Made by a program: the position numbers and the translations under genes. From Nitrosopumilus sp. (GTDB lineage Archaea; Thermoproteota; Nitrososphaeria; Nitrososphaerales; Nitrosopumilaceae), in the NCBI GenBank assembly GCA_965214775.1, contig OZ243974.1, positions 2,528,001 through 2,592,000 of the forward strand: a DNA stretch of 64,000 nucleotides, in the 5' to 3' direction. The notes under the pieces are model-generated. The model saw only the letters and a list, made by a program, of their open reading frames with translations, was not told where the DNA came from and made no database searches. Shown here piece after piece: positions 10,142 to 19,899 of this stretch; the first letter of the stretch is position 1, and every line of letters begins with the position of its first letter.

Positions 10142-11230
10142 CTGACGATCATTGAAAATTTCGCCTGATTACACGTCTTGTGAAGGTTTATAGATCTCCG
10201 CCATGGCCCTTCTGACATGAACAAGACGAAAATCCTCACGGACGCCATGCATGTAGAAAAGGATAACAGGGTTTATACCAGAATCCTGGCGGTGCGCTCC
10301 GTACTGCTTGGCAACACCACTGCACAGACCGCAGAGATTGCCGACGTGACACAGCGTACCGTACAGATGTGGGTTGAGAGGTTTGAGCTTGACGGCGTTG
10401 ACGGTCTCCGTGACTCCCCCAACAGGGGCAAAAAGCCAAAGGTTCCAATCAACAGGATAAAAAAGATCGCCATGAGGCTGCGCAGGATGGAAAAGCTCAC
10501 CCCAAAGAAGATGCGCAACTGGGTGCGCCGCAAACTGCATGTAACATACAGCGTTGGAAGCATCAGAAGAATCCTGCGCACGATGGGATTCTCGCTAAAG
10601 ACGTCAACTACCAAGCTGGCAGATGCTGCCGACGCAAAGGAGGTAAGACGATGGCAAAGGGAGGCAAAAGACACGATTAGGCTTGCAAAAAGGCGCGGAT
10701 TCAGGATAACCGTACAGGACGAGTCGATATTCGTCAGTACGGGAAGGGACGGCAAAAAGTTCTGGTCGCCAGTGGGGGACAGAATCGAGGTGCAACGATC
10801 CGGCAGAAGGGAGCGCGTCGTGGTATACGGAACGGTTGCAGACGACGGAACCAGGCTGATGCGTACATACGACAAGTTCAACAGCATAAACTTTGTGCGT
10901 TATCTCAAGCAGGCGCGCAAAAAGTGGGGAAAGGTTCTGATTGTGATGGACAACGCAGCACAGCATAGGACCGGAAGGGTCCGCATGTACCTGGAGAAAA
11001 ATCCCGACGTTATCCTGCTGTACCTGCCGGTAGCCAGGCCGGAGCTGAGCGCCATAGAGCCAATTTAGAAGGATGCCAAGTACATACTGGTCACATCTGC
11101 CTTTTACGATTCGGCAGATCACCTCAAAAGGGATGTCTCGGAATACTTTAGGACGTGTTCCATCAAGGTTGACATCTACAAATATCTTGAGCGCCGCGTG
11201 TAATCAGGCGAAATTTTCAATGATCGTCAG
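10142..11230 (+). mobile_element. IS630-family insertion sequence (1089 bp)
   Basis: About 33-bp TIRs (CTGACGATCATTGAAAATTTCGCCTGATTACAC, one-base difference at the right end) flanked by TA at 10140-10141 and 11231-11232. Confidence 0.95.
10217..11203 (+). pseudogene. IS630 transposase with an internal amber stop at 11066-11068
   Basis: HTH, QDES, DNAAQH and PELSAIEPI motifs. After the TAG (where IS630 usually has Trp) the frame continues KDAKYILV...YLERRV to TAA 11203. Confidence 0.85.
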
Positions 11231-11299
11231 TATAGTCTGCTGCATAACCGTGAATGAATGCGTAAAGGCAACCAGCCTCTTCTGCCTGAAATCAGGACA

Positions 11300-11466
11300 G
11301 TGCAAGACTGTAAGAGCTGCCCCCGGGCAACGTTTCCAGTAATGGTCTTGACGACCATCTCACTCACGTTGCATCCTTGGGCGCGCCAGTTCATCGTGCA
11401 TGTCATCAGCACGGCGAACATCTCCACGTCTTTCATGGTACGGAGTCCCTGGCGCATGTTGCACAC
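11300..11466 (-). pseudogene. IS66-type transposase C-terminal remnant
   Basis: RQGLRTMKDVEMFAVLMTCTMNWRAQGCNV parallels RFGLRTKEGQKMFGNMSTCIETWRLRGCNV in the IS66 remnant near 34.5 kb. Confidence 0.6.
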
Positions 11467-11757
11467 AATTAGTGGGCCTCAGAGAGTCGGTTCAAAATTA
11501 GCAAACTCTGGATAACTGTGAACGAATTTGCATAATGCAGCTCAAAATATCAGCAAAATGCAAATTATTATCCATCTACGAGATCACTTGAAAAATTCAG
11601 GAGGTTCCTAATTTCGGATCATCCCTCTGAAGAAGGTCTGCAGCAGGACAGTTGCGGACTGGACACCCGGTTCCTAATTTCGGATCATCCTCGGACTATG
11701 GCGTGGGCGTTTTTATCATACGTTTGACCACCGCCACTAATGATGATAATTCAGTCA

Positions 11758-13164
11758 TTAGACCCCGATCCCTTTTTTGAGCAGATCAAGCGTCAGTTTG
11801 GGATCTGCCTTTCCTCTGGTTTTCTTCATTACCTTGCCAACCAAAAAATTGATGGTCTGGGGATTGGATTTTGCCTGTCTTACTGCCTGGGACTCCTCAG
11901 AAACCACTTGTTGGATGATCCTGGCCAACTCTGACTCATCAGACACGTTTCCCAGATCCAATTCCGAGACTATCTGAGGCAGCTCCTTTCCCGTTTTGAC
12001 AATCTCATACAATGCGTTTTTTGCAGAGTTTCTTGAAATCCTGTTTGACTGGATTGCCTCTGCCAAATCTTTGAGGTGTTTTGGCGCAATCTTGGATTCC
12101 TTTCTTTTTTCTCTTGTATCAACCAGCCCCATCAGATCAGTCGTGATGATATTTGCAATCTCCCTTGCAGTGGATTCTGAATGGGATTCCTCAAACAAGT
12201 CCGAATAAAATTTGTCAGAAGACAAAACGTCTGCTACTTGTGGCGGAATACCATACTTTGAGACATACCTCTCTTTTTTGGATAATATGCTTTCAGGCAT
12301 TTCGGATTTTAGTTTTTCACGGACTTTAGGCTCGATTGCAACCCATGGAATGTCCCCTTCTAAAAAGTATCTATAGTCCAGTTCCTCCTCTTTTGAGCGA
12401 GACGGTACCGTGATTCTTCTTTTGTCGTCCCAGTGCCTTGTCTCTTGTGCAATCTCAATGCCCCTTGAATGCAGGCTTTGCTGTCTGGTGATCTCAAAAT
12501 GCACCGCCTTTTCCAGATCATGGAAAGAACCAATGTTTTTGATTTCAACCCTTTTGCCGCCCTCGATTGAGACATTTGCATCGGCCCTCATCGCACCTTC
12601 CAGACTGGGATCAGATACGCCTAGGTTTTCCAGCAGGTCAGACAAGATATTCAAAAACTCCCTAACCTGCCTTGGTCCCTCAAAATCAGGTTCTGTAACA
12701 ATTTCAACCAGAGGGGTGCCTGCCCGATTGTAATCGACCAGGGTGATCTGATTTTTCGACGAGCTTCCCTCGTAAATCAGGCGTCCCGGGTCTTCCTCAA
12801 GTTGGATTCTGGCAATCCTGATCTTTTTGTCTCCTGCAATTACAGAGCCGGGGCCGCCTACACTGGTGTTGCCATAGAGGTTCAGCTGGGTGATTTGGAA
12901 GTTTTTTGGCAAGTCCGGATAAAAGTAATTTTTTCTAAAAAAGGCAATCTTTTCAGGAGTGCTGCAGTTTAGGGCCATTGCAATCATGGTTGCCTTTTTT
13001 ACCGCCTCCTGGTTCAATCTCGGCAAGCTTCCAGGCAGCCCCATGCATACAGGACAGATATTCTCGTTGATTTCAAGCCCCCTGTAGTTTGCCTTGCACG
13101 GGCAAAACAGCTTGCTTTGAAGGTTTGTCAGCTGGCAGTGAATCTCCAAGCCGATCTTTGTCAT
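11758..13164 (-). CDS. gatB: Asp/Glu-tRNA amidotransferase subunit B
   Basis: IGLEIHCQL, RKNYFYPDLPK, DYNRAGTPLVEIVTEPD. Confidence 0.97.
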   Translation of the reverse strand: MTKIGLEIHCQLTNLQSKLFCPCKANYRGLEINENICPVCMGLPGSLPRLNQEAVKKATMIAMALNCSTPEKIAFFRKNYFYPDLPKNFQITQLNLYGNTSVGGPGSVIAGDKKIRIARIQLEEDPGRLIYEGSSSKNQITLVDYNRAGTPLVEIVTEPDFEGPRQVREFLNILSDLLENLGVSDPSLEGAMRADANVSIEGGKRVEIKNIGSFHDLEKAVHFEITRQQSLHSRGIEIAQETRHWDDKRRITVPSRSKEEELDYRYFLEGDIPWVAIEPKVREKLKSEMPESILSKKERYVSKYGIPPQVADVLSSDKFYSDLFEESHSESTAREIANIITTDLMGLVDTREKRKESKIAPKHLKDLAEAIQSNRISRNSAKNALYEIVKTGKELPQIVSELDLGNVSDESELARIIQQVVSEESQAVRQAKSNPQTINFLVGKVMKKTRGKADPKLTLDLLKKGIGV

Positions 13165-14636
13165 AGGGGCGGCGCCTCCGGAAGCCGTACTGTCTGCTCT
13201 AGCGCATATGCTGCCTGCAACAGCATTTTGTCACCCATGGAGTCTGCCATTAACTGGATTCCAACTGGCAGTCCGTTTGAAACTGCAAACGGCACAGATA
13301 TCGCAGGCTTTCCAGTAAGGTTTGCAGTGACAGTATTGATGTCAACGCAAAACAGCGCGACAGGATCATTGATCTTCTCGCCTATCCTAAACGGCAGAAT
13401 TGGGACAGTTGGCGCAATTAACAGGTCATATTTTTTGAATGCCTCATCAACCTCCCTTGTCAGCTTGCTTTTGACCTTTAGTGCCTTGAGAAAGTATTTT
13501 CCAGCATGCCCGGCAGACGGAACAAACCCGCCCAGGATTATTCGTCTTGTCACTTCGGGACCGAACTTTTTTCTTGCCTTTTGGATGTAGGAATTAAACT
13601 CGTATCCCTCCACTGGAAAGTCATACCCATATAGCAGGTTGTCGTACCTTGCAAGGTTGCTTCCGGCTTCAGTTGCAGTTATGGTATAGTATGCGGCCAC
13701 AGAATATTTGACCATGTCAAGTGAAACCTCTTCACATGCTGCACCCAGGCCTTCGAGTTTTGAGACGGCGTCTTTTGTTGCAGACAGCACTGCCGGGTCG
13801 GTCCCCTCTGCAGTCATCTCCTTGATGATTCCTATCCTTTTGCCTTCGATGCCGTCCTCTATATCCCCCAAATAGTCCTCGTTATGGTTGTCCACAGTGG
13901 TGTTGTCGTTAGGATCAGGGCCTGCAATCAGGTTTAGCAAGAACGCAGCGTCCTTTACGGTTCTAGTCAGCGGCCCTATCTGCTCTATGCTGTTGGCATA
14001 CGAGATCAACCCAAACCTGCTAACCAGCCCATAAGTCGGCTTGTAGCCCACACATCCGCAAAAACTGGCTGGATTTCTAACAGAGCCACCCGTGTCAGAA
14101 CCCAAAGACGCAACACATTCAAAGGCACCGACAGATGCAGCACTCCCGCCAGACGAGCCTCCCGGAGTGTATCTGGCGTTCCACGGGTTTTTACTGGGGC
14201 CAAACGCGCTAAATTCAGTAGTCAGCCCCATGGCAAACTCGTCCATGTTTGTCTTTCCGATAAAAATCGCATCTCCCTGCTTTAATTTCGAGATGACTGT
14301 GGCATCATATGGCGCAACAAAATTCTCCAGCATCCGTGATGCGCACGTAGTTGCACTGTTCTTGATACAGATGTTGTCCTTGACTGAGACGGGCATGCCA
14401 AAGCAGGCGCCTACCTTGTCTCCGGATTTTATTCTTCTGTCGATCTCTCTTGCCCGGCTTACCGCACCGTCACCATCATCATCACCATCATCACCATTAT
14501 TTACGGAAAGAAAGGCGTGTATCTTGCCATCTACGGATTTTATTCTGTCCAGTGTTGCAGAGACAAAATCCTCGGCAGAAATATTTCCGTTTTGCACTTC
14601 CTGCACGTATTCCAAGGCAGAGATTTTTAGGTTCAT
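13161..14636 (-). CDS. gatA: Asp/Glu-tRNA amidotransferase subunit A
   Basis: Amidase signature GGSSGGSAA and GSDTGGSVRNPA. Start at ATG 14636 overlaps the gatC stop. Confidence 0.97.
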   Translation of the reverse strand: MNLKISALEYVQEVQNGNISAEDFVSATLDRIKSVDGKIHAFLSVNNGDDGDDDGDGAVSRAREIDRRIKSGDKVGACFGMPVSVKDNICIKNSATTCASRMLENFVAPYDATVISKLKQGDAIFIGKTNMDEFAMGLTTEFSAFGPSKNPWNARYTPGGSSGGSAASVGAFECVASLGSDTGGSVRNPASFCGCVGYKPTYGLVSRFGLISYANSIEQIGPLTRTVKDAAFLLNLIAGPDPNDNTTVDNHNEDYLGDIEDGIEGKRIGIIKEMTAEGTDPAVLSATKDAVSKLEGLGAACEEVSLDMVKYSVAAYYTITATEAGSNLARYDNLLYGYDFPVEGYEFNSYIQKARKKFGPEVTRRIILGGFVPSAGHAGKYFLKALKVKSKLTREVDEAFKKYDLLIAPTVPILPFRIGEKINDPVALFCVDINTVTANLTGKPAISVPFAVSNGLPVGIQLMADSMGDKMLLQAAYALEQTVRLPEAPPL

Positions 14637-14902
14637 CAGGACATCTTTGGGGCTCTCACGTGCGTTCCCTTGCAATGATTCAGCCTCTCAATCAGCCTTT
14701 CATCAAAAGGGATGTGCTTGTCGCCTCGCAGACTGGAGATTGAAATCTCTTGGGTGTCAATCCCTTGATCCTCGAGACCTGCAGAATCTAAAATATCAAA
14801 ATAGTCAATCATGGCGTGAACCTTGTCCACGTACTCTTTATGATCTGCAACCTCGATTTTCATCAACCTGGCAACTTTCTCAATCTCTTCTTTGGTAACC
14901 AT
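14636..14902 (-). CDS. gatC: Asp/Glu-tRNA amidotransferase subunit C
   Basis: MVTKEEIEKVARLMKI...VRAPK, 88 aa, immediately upstream of gatA. Confidence 0.9.
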   Translation of the reverse strand: MVTKEEIEKVARLMKIEVADHKEYVDKVHAMIDYFDILDSAGLEDQGIDTQEISISSLRGDKHIPFDERLIERLNHCKGTHVRAPKMS

Positions 14903-14914
14903 CCACTACAACAC

Positions 14915-16225
14915 CTATGGCGTTAACCTGTCAATGTCCCTTGGATAAAATGTTACGTCCCGAATGTTTTCTGTGCCTGTAATGGCCATAATCAGCCTCT
15001 CAAGGCCGATTCCGCACCCTGCATGAGGCGGAACGCCATAATCAAACGCTCCAAGGTGATACTCAAAGTCATCGGAGTTCATTCCCTTTTTCTTCATTCT
15101 CTCTGCCAGCTCTTCCCTTTTTTCAATTCTTGTGCTGCCAGATGAGAGTTCCAGATCACCGAACATCAGGTCAAAGGATTCGGAGACTTTGGGGTCCGAC
15201 TTGCTGTCTTTTACATAGAATGGTTTTGGGGCAAGCGGCCAGTCTTTGATGAAATAAAACCCTTCAAGGCCAATCTTTTTGAGGTTTGACGGATAAAGAT
15301 CATCGCCCCATTCTGTTTTTGCACCTGCCTTTTGCATCTTGTCTACCAGATCACCGTAGGAATGTCTGGGAATTGACTCTGGAATTTCAGGAACGGCAAA
15401 TTCGGCATCAGGATTTTCTTTGACATAGTCTTGCACGGTTCTTGTCGAGGTTTTTATGATGTCCTCGGTTCTTTGCATTACGTCGTTATAGTCAACAAAG
15501 GCCTCCTCCAAATCAATCGAGATTGCCTCTGCCAGGTGTCGGTTGGTTCTTGAGGGCTCTGCCCTGAAGATGGGCGCAATTTCAAAGACTTTTTCAAAAC
15601 TCATTGTCAGTTGCTCCTTGTATAATTGCGGACTCTGGGCCAAGAATGCCTCCTTGTTGTAGTAAAATATCGGAAACAGCGCAGCCCCGCCTTCAGTAGC
15701 AGTGGCAATGATTTTGGGCGTGTTGATTTCGGTAAACTGCTGCCTGCCAAAGTAGTCTCTGACTGATTTTAAGACAAGGCTTCGGGCATTAAAGATATGC
15801 TGCAGGGCCTTGCGCCGCAAATCAATGGGCCTTGCCTCGAGTCGGGTATCGATGTTTTTCACGCTTTTTGCCACAGCTTCAAAAGGCGGAATCTTTTCAA
15901 CCTCGGAGAATACGCGAAGTTCTGCCGGGATGATCTCGTATCCCACAGGGGATTTTACAGAGGACTTTGCCCTGCCAATGACGGCAATAGAAGAGTGTGA
16001 TTTTAGAGAGGAAATTTTTTGGCGAACATCGTCAGGACAGTCCCCTTTCTTGGCCACAATTGGCAAATCGCCATACTTGTCTCTGATTGTTGCAAAACTG
16101 ATGTTTCCGTGCCCGCGAACGGTGAGAACCCATCCCATTACGGTGACATCCTGTCCGTCCATGTGGGAAGAAAGATCTTTGGAATAGTGAGATCTGCGCA
16201 GGGTTCCTAGTTCGGTTTCGATCAT
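14915..16225 (-). CDS. aspS: Archaeal non-discriminating aspartyl-tRNA synthetase
   Basis: OB fold, LAQSPQLYKE, FRAE and GIGLERL class II motifs. In an operon with gatCAB. Confidence 0.95.
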   Translation of the reverse strand: MIETELGTLRRSHYSKDLSSHMDGQDVTVMGWVLTVRGHGNISFATIRDKYGDLPIVAKKGDCPDDVRQKISSLKSHSSIAVIGRAKSSVKSPVGYEIIPAELRVFSEVEKIPPFEAVAKSVKNIDTRLEARPIDLRRKALQHIFNARSLVLKSVRDYFGRQQFTEINTPKIIATATEGGAALFPIFYYNKEAFLAQSPQLYKEQLTMSFEKVFEIAPIFRAEPSRTNRHLAEAISIDLEEAFVDYNDVMQRTEDIIKTSTRTVQDYVKENPDAEFAVPEIPESIPRHSYGDLVDKMQKAGAKTEWGDDLYPSNLKKIGLEGFYFIKDWPLAPKPFYVKDSKSDPKVSESFDLMFGDLELSSGSTRIEKREELAERMKKKGMNSDDFEYHLGAFDYGVPPHAGCGIGLERLIMAITGTENIRDVTFYPRDIDRLTP

Positions 16226-16405
16226 AATTTACTTATTCCATATTTCATGGTGTAATTAATTTTTATCAGAATCAGTATTGTTGTTGGACCGCAGTGCTAC
16301 CGTAATGTGTGGCCATGGAGATTTTTACTTGCCTTTTGTGCATGGCTGGCTGAAAACGCTTGTTATGCGTCTAAAACACCCACATTCGGGGGCAGACTTG
16401 CAAAT

Positions 16406-16498
16406 GTATGTGGTCACGTCCCCCTGTTGACTAGGCGTGAAAATCATAGTCATAGATGTCAATTCGTGCCTGATTGGTAGGGGTAGGTGACCTCATAC
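16406..16498. mobile_element. MITE family A, copy 1 (IS66-type ends)
   Basis: TIR GTATGTGGTCAC/GTGACCTCATAC; 8-bp TSD TTGCAAAT on both sides. Confidence 0.9.
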
Positions 16499-16782
16499 TT
16501 GCAAATTATGGCAGTTTATTGGAAGTTTTTTGGACAGCCCCTTTTCTGCCTGACCGGGGTACTTTTCATAGCTCTGTAGGCCATCAGGTGCAGTAGGCCG
16601 GACCTGCAGTGTCGGTGAGCAGGGTTACACTATTGCTGGTCGTATGCGAGTTTGTCATGATTTTACCTGTCTGCCTTCCTTCTGCCGCCTAGAGCCGTGG
16701 TGACTTTTTTTGCGCAGTTAAATTTCTGTCTATTGCAATTTTCATAATGCTTATAGCCGGTAGCTAATCCAAGCAAGATAAG

Positions 16783-16971
16783 ATGGACATACTGATTGGC
16801 TTGGTGATTGCAACGTTCATAATCACGGCAGGCTATGTCGGATATCATGCATCCCAGGCTCCCGTAGAAGCAGTAGGAAGTCACAGTATTGCAACTGAGC
16901 CTGAAACACTAGGGGATACTTTCACTGTTTTAGATCTGGAGAAGATCATAATTTCAAAAGCAATTCACTAA
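16783..16971 (+). CDS. Small hypothetical membrane protein
   Basis: N-terminal hydrophobic helix; co-oriented with the downstream genes. Confidence 0.5.
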   Translation: MDILIGLVIATFIITAGYVGYHASQAPVEAVGSHSIATEPETLGDTFTVLDLEKIIISKAIH

Positions 16972-16985
16972 CGCACATTACATAA

Positions 16986-17219
16986 ATGGCCTGTCTGCAT
17001 ACCATTATCGTGACTCTCTCAGACAAGGAAAGGCTTGTTGCTGTGATATCAAACGGGATTTCAGTCTTTTCGCTGTTGCAAGAAAGAAAGGAACTGCCCC
17101 AGAACGTCACCATGTATGACTTTGTTCTCAGAGTCATCCCCGAGGAACTCAAAGAGGGGCTGTCAGTTGAATTAATTGACGAGGTTTTCCAATATGTTAC
17201 ATCCGCACATGGTTCATAA
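16986..17219 (+). CDS. Hypothetical protein
   Basis: 77-aa ORF tightly spaced upstream of purP. Confidence 0.65.
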   Translation: MACLHTIIVTLSDKERLVAVISNGISVFSLLQERKELPQNVTMYDFVLRVIPEELKEGLSVELIDEVFQYVTSAHGS

Positions 17220-17237
17220 AGTACAAAAATCCAGGAA

Positions 17238-18272
17238 ATGCGTACGATGAACTCTGTTGCAACTCTTGGCTCCCACTGCTCGCTACAGGTTCTAAAGGGG
17301 GCAAAAGACGAAGGCCTAAAAACCCTGCTGGTGTGTGAAAAAAAACGCGAAAAACTGTACAAGAGATTTCCGTTTATCGACAGACTAATCTTGGTGGATT
17401 CCTTCAAAGAGATCCTTGATCAGAGATGCCAGGCAGTCTTGGAACAGAATAATGCGGTACTGATCCCACACGGAACCCTGATTGCCCAAATGAGTTCAGA
17501 CGAGATAGAATCCATCAAGACGCCGATTTTCGGAAACAGATGGATTCTCAGGTGGGAATCAGACAGAGGAATGAAGGAAAGGCTCATGAGAGAGGCAAAT
17601 CTTCCAATGCCCAAACCCGTGACCGCTCCACGCGAGATTAAAAAACTGTCAATTGTAAAAAGACAGGGTGCTGCTGGAGGAAAGGGATACTTTATGGCGG
17701 CAAATGAAGACGATTACAATGCAAAAAGAGACCAGCTGATCTCCGAGGGGGTGATCTCCGAAGACGAAGCACTATACATTCAAGAATATGCAGCAGGGGT
17801 ATTGGCTTATTTGACATTCTTTTATTCGCCACTAAAAGAAGAGCTGGAGTTCTACGGCGTTGATCAAAGACATGAATCAGATATCGAGGGCCTGGCAAGA
17901 ATACCTGCCGAACAACAGCTAAAATCAAGCAAGGTTCCATCGTTTAACGTAATAGGCAACAGTCCGCTTGTGTTGCGTGAATCGCTGCTAGACGAGGTTT
18001 ACACCATGGGGGAAAACTTTGTCAAGGCGGCAAAAAGGGTGGTCGCCCCAGGCATGAACGGCCCGTTTTGCATTGAAGGCGTATATGACGAAAATGCAAA
18101 ATTCACATCGTTTGAATTTTCAGCCAGGATCGTGGCAGGATCAAACATCTACATGGACGGCTCCCCATATTACTCTCTGCTATTTGATGAAACGATGAGC
18201 ATGGGAAGGAGGATAGCAAGGGAGATCAGACTTGCATCAGAATCAAACCAAGTAGACAAAATCACTACCTAG
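17238..18272 (+). CDS. purP: Archaeal formate-dependent FAICAR synthetase (ATP-grasp)
   Basis: ATLGSHCSLQVLKGAKDEG, IPHGT, AAGGKGYF, FEFSARIVAGSN. Confidence 0.93.
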   Translation: MRTMNSVATLGSHCSLQVLKGAKDEGLKTLLVCEKKREKLYKRFPFIDRLILVDSFKEILDQRCQAVLEQNNAVLIPHGTLIAQMSSDEIESIKTPIFGNRWILRWESDRGMKERLMREANLPMPKPVTAPREIKKLSIVKRQGAAGGKGYFMAANEDDYNAKRDQLISEGVISEDEALYIQEYAAGVLAYLTFFYSPLKEELEFYGVDQRHESDIEGLARIPAEQQLKSSKVPSFNVIGNSPLVLRESLLDEVYTMGENFVKAAKRVVAPGMNGPFCIEGVYDENAKFTSFEFSARIVAGSNIYMDGSPYYSLLFDETMSMGRRIAREIRLASESNQVDKITT

Positions 18273-19059
18273 GTTTTGCGGCAACCTCCACTCCGTGCTG
18301 AGACTTTACGATATACTTGTCTCTGATCTTTACACTGACCCAGTCTAGGATCAACACGGTAATCAATACCACCACCATAAAGATTGCAGCCTTGCCATAC
18401 TCGAAGAACTTGATGTAATTGATGATATAGAATCCTATGCCGCCTGCACCAACAAGCCCCAGGATACTGGTCTGCCTGACGTTATAATCAAACATGTAGA
18501 GAACCTGACCCAGCAAATGGGAGGCAGATTCAGGTATTACAACATAACGAACTAGCTGCCATTTTGAGACACCGATGGAGCTTACCGCATCCATGGGATC
18601 TGCATCAATTGATTCGATTGCCTCATACTGTAATTTTGCGACAAATCCTACGGTATACATGATAATTGCAAGGATCCCTGCAAAAGGGCCCAGCCCCACC
18701 ATGATTACAAACAAAATTGCCCATAAAATGGAGGGAAAGGTGCGAATTGCAGCCAGTAATGCGCGGATTGGGGCATAAACGTACTTGCTGTTCAGATTTC
18801 TTGCTGCAAGCAGACTGAGCGGCAGTGCAATTGCAACGCCTACGACTGTTCCAATGAATGCCATCTGAACCGTTTCAATCATTGCCCAAAAAGCAACCGG
18901 CACATGCCTTGGCTCAACTGACAGCATCTCTTCTAAAACGACTCCCAGATTCGGCAGTCCTTTGACAAACTCAACCGGATTTGCCTCCATGTTGTACGAT
19001 GCTACTACAAGCAGGGCAACAATTACGCCAATTATGATGTTATTTTTCGGGGTCATCAT
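18265..19059 (-). CDS. phnE: Phosphonate/phosphate ABC transporter permease
   Basis: Multiple TM helices; FDYNVRQTSILGLVGAGGIG signature. Confidence 0.92.
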   Translation of the reverse strand: MMTPKNNIIIGVIVALLVVASYNMEANPVEFVKGLPNLGVVLEEMLSVEPRHVPVAFWAMIETVQMAFIGTVVGVAIALPLSLLAARNLNSKYVYAPIRALLAAIRTFPSILWAILFVIMVGLGPFAGILAIIMYTVGFVAKLQYEAIESIDADPMDAVSSIGVSKWQLVRYVVIPESASHLLGQVLYMFDYNVRQTSILGLVGAGGIGFYIINYIKFFEYGKAAIFMVVVLITVLILDWVSVKIRDKYIVKSQHGVEVAAKPR

Positions 19060-19882
19060 CAGAATACATCTCCATGATTTCCTTAACAGTCATGTCGCCG
19101 GTCTGAAAATCAACAATCTTGTCGCCTTCGACGCCAATTTCAAGAATTTTGTGTCCCTCCTTAATCACTGCAACGCGATTTGCGTATTCCAATGCAAGCT
19201 GCATGTCATGATGAACCATGATTGCAGTAAGGTTGATTCTTTTTTGCGCATCAGCTATCAGGTCCATTATCTCCCTGGCAGTCACATGATCAAGCTCGGA
19301 AACAATTTCATCTGCAAGAAGAATTGCCGGTTTTTGCACTAGCGCCCTGGCTATCGCAACCCTTCGTTTTTCACCACCGCTTAACATGTACGCCTTTCTG
19401 TCCTCTTTTCCAGACAATCCGACTTGGCCGATGATTTTTTTGGCATCTGAAACTTCATTTTCCGGGAATTTCTTAAGCATCGATTGAATCTTTCCCAATC
19501 GCGGCAGTGAGCCAATCAGCACGTTTTCTAATACGGTGAGATTTTTTACCAGGCCAAGGTTTTGTGGAATATACCCGATGACATGCATCATTTTTTTGAA
19601 TTTTTTGTCTTTCATGTTTGGAGTCATGTAATCAATCTTGATTGCTCCGTTGCTAGGAATCATCATCCCGTTCATCAATTTCAACAATGTGGATTTTCCA
19701 GAACCTGACTGGCCAACTATTGCATAGTTTGTCCCCCTGTCAATTGAGAGGTTGACGTGTTCCAGGGCAAGATTTTTCGAGTCATATGACGTAGAGACAT
19801 CGTTCATCTGAATGATCTTCCTAGTAGAGATTGATGAAAAGGGGGGAGGAGGAGGAATATCAGTCATCTGAATTTGTTTCAT
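19040..19882 (-). CDS. phnC: Phosphonate ABC transporter ATPase
   Basis: GQSGSGKST, LSGGEKRRVAIARAL, LLADE; located between phnD and phnE. Confidence 0.9.
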   Translation of the reverse strand: MKQIQMTDIPPPPPFSSISTRKIIQMNDVSTSYDSKNLALEHVNLSIDRGTNYAIVGQSGSGKSTLLKLMNGMMIPSNGAIKIDYMTPNMKDKKFKKMMHVIGYIPQNLGLVKNLTVLENVLIGSLPRLGKIQSMLKKFPENEVSDAKKIIGQVGLSGKEDRKAYMLSGGEKRRVAIARALVQKPAILLADEIVSELDHVTAREIMDLIADAQKRINLTAIMVHHDMQLALEYANRVAVIKEGHKILEIGVEGDKIVDFQTGDMTVKEIMEMYSDDDPEK

Positions 19883-19899
19883 GTTCAGATATCCAGCTT

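Noticed and set aside
11066-11068. Amber read-through (pyrrolysine or recoding) in the IS630 transposase
   Set aside because: No pyl genes are seen, TAG terminates many normal genes here, and a TGG>TAG mutation is the simpler explanation.
11603-11690. Two 22-bp direct repeats (GGTTCCTAATTTCGGATCATCC) 44 bp apart, like a mini-CRISPR
   Set aside because: Only two units and no cas genes. Similar words occur dispersed (about 30800-30820 inverted, about 35185-35205), which fits IS-end debris.
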